Source: Kudoa neothunni
Taxonomy: Eukaryota > Animalia > Cnidaria
DNA: 64,000 nucleotides
Assembly: GCA_964304625.1 (NCBI GenBank)
Contig: OZ199838.1
Coordinates: forward strand, 6,621,731 to 6,685,730
Reading direction: 5' to 3'
Shown here: positions 54,501 to 64,000 of the stretch, piece after piece
Numbering within the stretch: position 1 is the stretch's first letter
Layout of the letters: every line of letters starts with the position of its first letter
Notes under the pieces: generated by a model
Databases searched by the model: none
The model's input: only the letters and a program-made list of their open reading frames with translations
Told to the model about the DNA's origin: nothing
Made by a program: the position numbers and the translations under genes

Positions 54501-55528
54501 AGAAACATTTAATCATTGATAATGATCATCAAATAATGGTCACACTTTCATAGCAGGATATTTTGCGTAAGGGGCCGAACCGGTGGCCATCTCCAACGCA
54601 GTAATTCCAAAACTCCATATATCAACTTTGTTATTGTAACCAATTGTTTGTTCCATCACTTCTGGAGCCATCCAGCACGGTGTGCCAACAAATGTCTTCC
54701 TAGATTGTTGATCGATTCTGTCATCATAATCTCTGATGGTGGAACTGACACCGAAATCTATACGAGTAAAGTGATCAGTGACAAAAACAGATACATGCAC
54801 AAATGTATGCCATAATCCAAATTCACTAACCTGCCAGTTGAATACTACCATCCATACCCAAAAGAATGTTTCCAGATTTCACATCACGATGAATTTGGCC
54901 ATTTTGATGAAAGTAAATCAAACCCTTGAGGACCTCTTTCAATATGGTGGCTATAATCACCTCATCTAGAACACCCTCATTCAAATTGACCAAATTGCTA
55001 TCAATAAGATGGTTCAACAAATCTGAAACTGATCCTAGATAGTTGTCACACATTGTTGGAAAAAGTGTATTATTATAATTATGCTTACCTCCATCCAACA
55101 ATTTCATCACTATCCATAATTCCGATTTGTAAACAAATGACGTGTAATAGGTAGCCACATTCTCATTCTTACAAAAACTCATTGCTTGAATCTCTTTCTA
55201 AAAATTCAGATATCGATATTAACTATTTGTTTATGACAACAACTCTCTCATTCTACTTGCATCTCATCAATACTACACGAGCATCTTTCCAAATCTATCC
55301 TTTTAATCGCTACGCGTTCATTTCTACTTCTACAAAGTGCGGAATGAACTATCGATGTCGCTCCACTTCCTAAAGATGCAACAGTAAATGCCTGATGTTT
55401 CCAAAAAACACTATATGCGCTCTTTTTCGGTCTCTCTCACCTATAGTATCTTCGAGAATGTAGTCATCTTTATCGATTGGCCATTTAATTTTAGTGGCTT
55501 GGTTAGTAGTTTTGGTTGGTTGTTCCAT
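48532..55528 (-). CDS. OXSR1: OSR1/SPAK (Fray-like) STE20 kinase with C-terminal CCT domain; includes a 4.49-kb intron
   Basis: Kinase exons at 54313-55528 ([54 protein letters not shown]). After intron 49823-54312 comes TKEFL...[23 protein letters not shown], then the CCT domain ([27 protein letters not shown]...[16 protein letters not shown]). OXSR1 versus STK39 cannot be distinguished. Confidence 0.93.
51384..53150 (+). mobile_element. Decayed piggyBac (PGBD4-like) transposon inside the kinase intron
   Basis: Left end taa-CCCTCTG with TTGGGGTA-aaaaa-TACCCCAA palindrome; acidic N-terminus from ATG 51588; motifs [40 protein letters not shown] and a Cys-rich C-terminus. Stops and frameshifts present; right TIR not found. 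Confidence 0.88.
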
Positions 55529-57659
55529 CGTGAAATAACCTGCACCAATTCCTATGTTACACCACTTCGTAAATCTCGACAAAAACCGTTAGCTATCCTT
55601 CGAGCGCATTTAAATACAAATTTTGTACTCTCATGGTGAGCGAGGATGAAAAATATTTTTATTTCAAAGATTTTTATTATTTTATAACAAAAAATTCATA
55701 AATAAATAATTTTTGCGTGTTTATTTAAGATTAACTCATATCATATTATCATTTTGAAGTCAGTTCGAAATTTCACAGTCTAGCATAAGTGAAGTTTGAC
55801 AGTATTTGTTTGAATGAGATGAAATTTTTGCTTTCCTAGAGTGATATTTTGTAGGAACTTCGTTTCCGTAATAAATTTTAAGATGATTAACCACATCATG
55901 TGACCATTCGTATAAGATATATTTATAACATTTCTGCTATTATAATAATAATAATATTAGTAATACTATCGCACAGTTTCAAATTATCTTTATTTTTGTC
56001 AATTTTTTTGTTTACACTATTTTGTCGGCTGAAAATATTCTTGATATCAGCATTTAGATTTTGGTGCGCTACCCACAATCGCTGATGAGGCAGGCTGCCG
56101 ATTTATCGCACTTTCAGAAATCTCGCTCTACTTTAGTGTTTCCAATACTGCTTGGTTTCAGAATATCATCGAATGTTGCAAGCGTTATACTTTTATAAAG
56201 CAGAGATTAAATATTTTTTCCATTTTATCTGCAAAAAGAGGATTAATCGATTTTCGGTAAAATTTCCAACTCTAATCTTACAAGTGCCGTATCGCGCTTG
56301 CGTCAAAAATATAATCGCACTACAGGTAGCGAGATTATTCAATATTGTTAAAATTATTAAAATATGTCATTATGTCACAAAGTTTTAATTTATATAGAAA
56401 TGAATTTTTTGCATCAACAAAATTTTTGAGTTATAACTACCACCTAGTAAAAAACTTAGGAATAATAATCTAATATTGCAAAACGATTATCTATCTCTAT
56501 AATAACTGTCTTTACCTTTCAATTACGCATATTTTATTTCGAGATAAATTTCTATGTTATAGTTCCTGTTTGATGTAAACTAGGATTTCTGCGCATTGGG
56601 CGACACGCGCGTGATTTGGGGTGAAAACTTCGAAATTCATTACGTTATAGTTTCTTGAGTTATGCTTTTTTTATACCATCGTTTCAAACTTATTTTTATG
56701 TATTTTATATTTTCTTGTGTTTAGATTAAAATTTATTTTATTTTGCACCCTTTAAAATAATTTTGTGGTATACGATCGCCGTTCGATTACCTAAATTCTA
56801 GAAGATAATTAATTAGAAGTTTTGTTACGATTACATAATTTATAATTTTATCTATAATTCATTTTTTTATTGTGAATGACTGAGGTTATTTGTAACTTTG
56901 GGATTAGAAATTTAGAAAACTCAGAGATTAACTTTCTGGATAAGAGCAGACATTTATATACAGTAAACCATCCATGGTTACGAAGGATTCATTTAATGAC
57001 TCATCGTGAATATGGGAAACCGCGGTTAATTGAAGCTCCCTTAAAAATCTACACATAGTGTTCAACCAACAATTTCTACTTACACTTCAAAACGAATAAA
57101 TATTTCTTGAGTCAAAATTATAAATTGAAAGAGAATTGTATAGTCCTGATCAATGGTGAAGTGAATCAACTGGGATTAAAGTATATGCCGTATCAAGCGG
57201 AATCCGGGGTTTGAGTAAAAACCTTAATTGGAGATAGTAATTTGTTCTAACAAAATTTTATTGAATATTTGTGATATTTTAATTTACAAAATAATAAAAT
57301 TCTTTATTAAAAATGTAGAAATTTGGTATAGGGATAAACATTTTTTAGCCACATTATTGAGGGAAATCCAAGAATTAATAAACAATATTTTTTTCATGAT
57401 TCGATTTTTTTTTAATAAATTAGTTTTTTGAAAAATTAACCACACATTAATGTTTAACTGACGTTTTAAAGTATTTAACAGTATATGGGGAAGAGTTCCG
57501 TGCAATAAAGCTCGGAAAAATTCGCACGCAATTTTAGCTTAAATATGAAATAATTTTATATTTGCGGAGAGCACTTAATTCTTTATGTTTAAACGTATGT
57601 CTAAATACAAAAAGGGATTTAGATCGGGGAAAACTTTCAGGACTTTTGTTGGTCACGTT

Positions 57660-58350
57660 TCTGTAATCGCGTTTGGAGGCTCCCAACTAGATTCTATTGG
57701 CGTGGTCATCATAGATCGAAACAAATCTCCTTTTATAAATCATCTGATATGAACAAATTCTAATCTACCAATCGATGAAGCCCAGCCGTCTTCCCATGTT
57801 GTGAGACCTTCTATATTTCCGATTATTATTCTTTCGAGAACACTCTGATTTCTAAAACGGGAAACTTTTAGAAAGGAGTTACCATCATCTATTCTACCTA
57901 TCATCCGATACTATTGACTCTTCAATATTCTTCCAGAATTATATTTTCGTTTTAAGAAGGTCGTTTCATCGATTTTTACAGCGATTTCTTCTCCGCCGAT
58001 TTTTTCCAATTCTCCACCAAGTTGTAAGGCGATTAAGTCATGAAGAATATTCTTCAGTTCAAATATAATAGCATTTGACTCCATATTGAAATAAAATTGC
58101 AAGGTTTCATAACTAGTCACTTAATTCTGAGTGAAGTAAGTCATAAAAAGGAAAAATTCCATATAAGACGCTTGGTTGGTATAGCATCGATTATGACAAT
58201 CTGAGCATCTAAACTGGTAGCCGTCACCGGTGTCCTTTCTTGTCAATGTCTTCATTACCGCGCCACACAAATATTTCATGTAATTACATAAGAATATATT
58301 ATTCTGTAAAACTTGAGTCGTATATGCAGTATCTTCGCTTAAGTACGCAA
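57660..58350 (-). pseudogene. Merlin/ISXO2-like (IS1595-related) transposase remnant
   Basis: Zn-ribbon-like N-terminus (CGAVMK...DGYQFRCSDC) and KIGGEEIAVKIDETTFLKRKYNSGR followed by a degenerate DGW; internal stops. Confidence 0.8.
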
Positions 58351-58463
58351 AATCGAAAATCGTTATATTGTTTGTGTTTTTAAGGTGAATAATTTCCTAA
58401 AACATCCTATCCCGCGCAATTATTCCATAATTTACGAAAAATCTCAAAGTTTGACACATATAC

Positions 58464-59267
58464 CAGGGGTCACCAAAGTACGGCCCGTGGGCCAATTCTG
58501 GCCCTCCGATGCTTTCAATCTTTCCCATGGTGCCCCCTAAGACCTCGAATGCGCACGCGCGCATGAAACTAAATCGGTTCGCTTGAAAGCTATCAATACA
58601 TTATCTTGCTAGATGAACGTTGATTAAAACTCTTCATTTAGGTCCATGTGGTGTTTTTATTTTTTAATTGGAATAAAGACGTAAACGACACACTAATGTA
58701 GCAAGATGCTGGATGTAAAATATACGAATCGGTAAGACATATGTTTTTAGGTTTATTTGATTCCTATGTTTCTAACAATTTAAAATTCTTAAGTATTTAA
58801 ACTTATAGGATAGATTAATCGAATTAGTTGCTCTAATTTTTAATCAGTTGGAGTTTAATTGATTTAATACTATAAATTTTAAAACTCGACGAATGAGCAT
58901 CTTATTAGCATCTACACAACTTGGCTATAATTAAATTAATCAATCACACATTAGACGACAAATCGTTTGTTATTCCACCGAGGCCTCAAAAATGAAATAT
59001 GTTAAACGCTACCACAAGAATCTGTTATTAGATAAACATCTTAATGCATTTCTTATGGTTGGAATTATTTTTGTGGTGAGACGAGACAAAACGGTATTGG
59101 ACAGAAATCAGTTTCATGTTTCACACCAAAAAAATTATAATTTTTTATATTTATATTGTTTGTGTTTCATTTTTATAGTTGTTTTTTGAAACAAAATCTA
59201 ATACGACCCTCGAAACATAGGAGAATCAAAAATGCGGCCCGCTTGTCAAAAACTTTGGTGACCCCCG
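58464..59267. mobile_element. hAT (Buster/SPIN-type) MITE
   Basis: 16-bp TIRs CAGGGGTCACCAAAGT / ACTTTGGTGACCCCCG (15/16 match); perfect 8-bp TSD ACATATAC; CGGCCC subterminal motifs. Confidence 0.92.
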
Positions 59268-59930
59268 ACATATACTACAAAATAACGAACTACTGATCCA
59301 TAACACAGGCAATAATTCTTTGTTATTATCACCCAGGTGTAATTGTTGGAGAATGAATAATGTATCCTGAATGCTGATTGATCGCTAGTTTTCACATCAT
59401 GATAATCCAATTGAAAGTTATGACAATTAAAAAATAAATCGAATGTTTAGAATTTCATTAATTCGTATTGAGCTCTCAGTTATTACGCATTATTTAATAT
59501 GTGCACTATTTCAATTAAGATTTTCTCTATATTTTACAATAAAAAGGTATAAATTTACTGTAATTGTAATAATAACGTGGGAAATAGTCGTGAAAAGTAC
59601 TATTCTCATTGGTGGCTGTAAAATTGTTTTATCAATTTAATTTATCTTCAAGAGAGAATTAGTGCTGAATAATGACGAGATAACTTATCTAAACATTTCC
59701 AACCCTCGTATGAAATCGAATTTCCAAACATAAACCCCATAAAAAGCGCATATATTAAATTATGATACAATCTTCCATTTAAATCCGCATCTCTAATGCG
59801 AACCTGCCACTCACACAAGTTACCATGAAAAAGTGTACCAAGAGTAATCAAGCCAACGTAACATTTTAGCATTGCAATGAAGAAATACACTTGAAATTCA
59901 GTATAAACAATACAACACCTATTTTTAAAT

Positions 59931-60510
59931 CTAGATGATCATTTTTTTAATAGAGTCAATGACCGATGAGTCATCTGCGCGTTTCTTTTTAGAAACGGCT
60001 TTTCTTTTTCCGACAATAATATCAGGATCACTCATGTGTACTTTGAGAACATCCAGATGAACGGGGTCAAAAAAATCGGAAGAATAACTTCCAAAACCTC
60101 CTGCTTTACGTGATTCTTCATGTGAGTATGGCTTTTTTTGAAGCAATTTAATTCTAAATCCAACTTATAATAACCAGTTCCAACACGTCATCAAATACTT
60201 TCGTTTATGGGCTTTGGTTCTTTTGTGAATAGTTAGATTCTCGATTGAAGAAAAGTACTTGCTAGAAAAAGAGAAAAATTCATTATTGAAAGAAAAGTAA
60301 CGAACCATAAATCAACCTGCACACAATACAATATTCATATTCATCAACACTTAGTCCTTCGTTTTCGATAGCTTTCATCACAAACGCAGCACTATTCGAC
60401 ATAAGATCCTCAACAATTTGATCGTCACATCGTTTAAAGTTCTTTCCTTTCATCAACTTTTTCTTGGCCTTATTGGATTTTTTATGTTTCCTCGCAGAAC
60501 ATGCTCCCAT
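59931..60510 (-). CDS. ZNF593: Zinc finger protein 593 / Bud20 (60S maturation factor), 3 exons
   Basis: DDQIVEDL...YCIVCSKYFSSIENLTIHKRTKAHKRKIKLLQKKPYSHEESRKAGGFGSY matches the ZNF593 C2H2 finger and the PYS.EE...AG.GSY tail. Confidence 0.9.
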
Positions 60511-61674
60511 AATGGATTTATTTCTTATTTCTATTTAAATTCATAGCTAAAACAGTGTGACAACTTCATACGATTAAAATTGGTTAGGCTGGCTCTCGAC
60601 CAAATCAACAGATTTTTCAATAAGGCGTGCCAGGTAGGCGCATGTGCAATATATGTAGTGTCCAATAGATAATATTTGTGAAAATAAGAAAATCAAGTCA
60701 ATTATTTCGTATTTATTAATTTAGTTCCAATATAAATTTTCAATAGATGATAGGACGAACTAATTATATGATCCATATATCTATTAAATGTTCCCAACCG
60801 TATAAAAACGATTATTCGCGATAAAAATTTATGTTAAAATATAAGTTTATATCGGTCTCTGGTACAATTTTTTACGAACAATTTATATAAAAGTTTTCAC
60901 AAATAATATAATATTAATGAGGTGGGCAGCGTTTAATCCGCACACATTTAATCCGATATGCCCAATATTTCCATAGGTAATTAATATTAGTCTCTGAAAG
61001 AAACAAAAGCTGTTATAAATTTTTACATCAGGATTACAGCAAAATTAAAATACATTCTTTGAGTCTTAGTTGATGTAATCATCCATGAAAGTAAATTGCC
61101 ATTGAACAATTGACAAAGTATTCAATGGCTCTTATTTAACGCATTCTAATCAGCATACAATGGGTCAGTGCTTCCCAATCTACGGTGTGAAAATTAATCT
61201 GGGCTTAACAAATTGGGATTTTTCCAAATTTGTATGAACTTTTCCATTTAATTGACTATGTTGAAAATATTTATTGAACGTTAATTTCCTCTATTCCGTG
61301 TGATACATTAAGCCATCAATTAACCGTTAAATTAATGAATCAAAAAGTATGTACAATAATGGGCAGGTTGTACGTACATCAGTCATTTTACATAATAAAA
61401 GATGCACTCATATTTTAAATGATTTAAAAAATTATATAATGCCATAATTTCACGCATTAAATAATTTATAATCCCAGTTATTACGAATAAACGAAAAATA
61501 AAAAGTCACGTGAGGATTGGTCGTACGTGCCTTTTTGTTCTGACCGCGTGATTAATTTAAGTTTTTTCTTCCTTTTTTCTATCGCAGTTAAACAATTAGT
61601 AAATTTTTATAGTTTCATAAATGTGGCAGCTAGTTAAAAATGAAGGAGAAACATAGACACGTGTTGTAGATATA

Positions 61675-61792
61675 CAGTAGTGCGATGTATAATGGTATCC
61701 TCTCTGATTCATAATACGGTAGGTTAAGGATAGTTATAGTACGCAATTTTTTTATGGCCCCTAGGGAATTATGTACTACCGGTTACCTACTG
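61675..61792. mobile_element. Tiny TA-flanked Tigger-type MITE
   Basis: TA|CAGTAG ... CTACTG|TA; the right end read inward (CAGTAGGTAACCG) resembles the left TIR of the Tigger at 43122 (CAGTAGGTAGCCG). Confidence 0.45.
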
Positions 61793-62087
61793 TAGTAACA
61801 ATAACGCAATAACAACCGCCCCTTAAAGATTCAGAAACGGAAGATGATGTTATTTATACAAAAATTAAGCCTTTAAAGGACGGCCTTATTTCAGTTAGAA
61901 TAGCTTGGCAACTATTATTCACATCAAGGCTCAACGTAATAAAATTAATACCTGATTCTGTTTCGGATATCTATTCAATTATAAATCGCATTTTTAAACA
62001 ACAAAAATAACTGTCTTTTATTAATATTTAAGTTATAGCTGGTTTTGTGTTAAACTTGTTGTGCGCTTGCGCGATAAAGTACGTACT

Positions 62088-63792
62088 CAGGCACGTGCGG
62101 TGGCCAATTGTTCTGGGTATGCATGGAAGGGATTATAATATAGAAGAAAGAGTTTCTAAAATTTCAACTATTTTTTTCAATCTAAAACAGTCGCAATATA
62201 TTATTATCATTAAATACGTAAATAGGAATGAATATTTTAGATTTAATATACTCATCTAGAGAATTAATTGATTATAAAACAATAATAATGTTTTTTTAAA
62301 CAAGACATGAATTAATCACCAAAATTTCGTTATTTTAAATAAGCGACCTATATTTCAAATTTTTAAATTATTTTCGAGATATTTTCACCATAAATCCAAT
62401 CATTTATAGCCATCATTTGTATGTTAATTAATATGCTTATTTTTATTTCATCAATTAATTAATTTTAACGCTGTTACTGCGTTTAATAAAATTTAAAAAA
62501 CTACAACTATGCGGAGAAAAAATTGTTCAATATTTCCCCGCTGTCTTTGACTTTTTTGCCACGAATTTCAATGCTTAAATTCTTCCGTGTGTCTAATAGC
62601 AGATCAATTCTGGAAGATCCAACCGTTTTCAATATTATTTGATCATGATAATGTTTTGCAGATCACTCATGTTTATTCAAAGCGTTAGGCAAATTATTCA
62701 AACTAGAATATCCTTCTTTTGGTCCCGATATTTTCATTAGACGCCGAAAACAACAGGCAAGGGAAACAACAAAGTTTTTTCGTTGTAATACATCCACACA
62801 ACCATTCTTTTCTCTCGTACTATACATTATGAAAGGTACGAGTAACTTTCTCTCCTTTCTGTTTAGTTCATAAAGTTTTTGTGTTGGTCTACCACTTGTT
62901 ATGATTCTCATCTTTTCTTCATGGGGAAGTTTTGAACATTATTTGAGATAGTGCCTATCCATGTTTGAAAGTAACGTGATCAAAACAAAAAACACTTCAA
63001 CAAATAATCAAAATAGAGATTAAGAATAATTTATGTGTAATTCGCATTTCGTCTGAAATATTACCTAATTTTACTACTTCGGAGGCACTGATTAAGATTT
63101 AAAGATTTAATAATTCAAAAAATAACTAGATTATCCTGTATGAGAGACGCAAATCGGCTCCCCTTACTGCATGTTGTCACGTGAGTGCATAGGATATGCA
63201 GAATTTAGTTTGCACACCTTGGCTAGTACAAAAAATAGAGATGCGTGGAATCGCGCCGCAAGTGCCAGTTACGCGCATCTACGTGTGTTTATATGGGAGG
63301 CCGGAGACAGCCGTGACCTCTGCCTACCTTGACCGAAATATTTGAAATTTTTTTCAATTGTGTGCATAAAATTTTTATTTATATATTCTTTCATAATATG
63401 TACATTATACACTCACAACTGAAAATTTCTTATTCATCTGTATTGGAAATTGGCAAATCAGGCATCGTATGCTTTAATTTGCCAATGCTTTACACACCCA
63501 GGTCCATGAAAATTACTCTATGCCGAGTTATTTCGGACTATTATTGATTACAATTTTATTAATTTTGACTCATATTCTATTTATATTGATTCTGATTTAT
63601 ATATTTGAACCAATACTGAAATAAATACAAAGCATTTTTCCATTTGCGTGCTTCGTTAATACACACATTATTTATTTTTGAATTGGTGTTATCCTATTAA
63701 TTCTCATGTTACATCCTGTAATGCAGGTACAAAAATTTTCCCACCCAACATATTCCAGGGTATGCACTGCATACCCGGATGACACGTGCCTG
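62088..63792 (-). mobile_element. Internally deleted hAT (Tip100/ZMYM1-like) transposon
   Basis: 10-bp TIRs CAGGCACGTG; imperfect TSD tacgtact / tacgtatc; GGGTATGCA subterminal motifs at both ends; TTF-type zinc-finger remnant ...KEGYSSLNNLPNALNKHE*SAKH at about 62600-62911. Confidence 0.8.
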
Positions 63793-64000
63793 TACGTATC
63801 ATTTTCCTCGTCGTAATTAAAATAGACAAACATTAAAATAAGTCAAACAACATCAGTTAACCCTTAAAGGATAACCTTCAGTTCCATGCGCCCATCTTTA
63901 TATTATTTTGTTTATAAATTTTGTTGTTATGCATGTTATATTTTGTGTATATTCGTCAGAATTTCATCTACATCTTTAAAAGAGCATTATCTACCGACCG

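Noticed and set aside
56076-56105. Hammerhead-ribozyme-like CTGATGA-GGCA-ggc-TGCC-GA motif
   Set aside because: The required GAAA after stem II reads GATT, and no convincing stems I/III or cleavage triplet could be built.
59443-59890. Hydrophobic short ORFs on both strands downstream of ZNF593
   Set aside because: No recognisable motif or exon chain; typical chance ORFs of AT-rich DNA.
63857-63872. TTAA-CCCTT piggyBac-like left end near the window edge
   Set aside because: Too short, and any partner end would lie outside the window.

Overview
AT-rich eukaryotic (animal-type) genomic DNA with many short GT-AG introns (mostly about 40-70 nt), so the ORF track shows exon fragments rather than whole genes. 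The compact genes, fast-evolving proteins and decayed DNA transposons suggest a reduced parasitic animal such as a myxozoan cnidarian, but this is inference only. Recognisable housekeeping genes are PRPF38A (lacking its RS tail), BRAP, THADA, an OXSR1/STK39 kinase split by a 4.49-kb piggyBac-containing intron, and ZNF593/BUD20; two further spliced genes could not be assigned. The centre of the window (23.5-47.5 kb) is a head-to-tail array of five gamma-glutamyltranspeptidase (GGT)-family genes, all with signal-like N-termini. Only copy 5 keeps the canonical gamma-glutamyl pocket, and it shows two apparent 1-nt frameshifts. Copies 1-4 keep the Ntn-hydrolase nucleophile position (Ser instead of Thr in copy 3) but have replaced the substrate-binding residues, which points to a lineage-specific, neofunctionalised secreted enzyme family. 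Intergenic DNA holds hAT MITEs, piggyBac, Tigger/pogo, Merlin/ISXO2-like and Helitron remnants. Several single-base indels in short homopolymers suggest consensus errors in the assembly. All gene models were spliced by hand and family calls rest on recalled motifs, not database searches.
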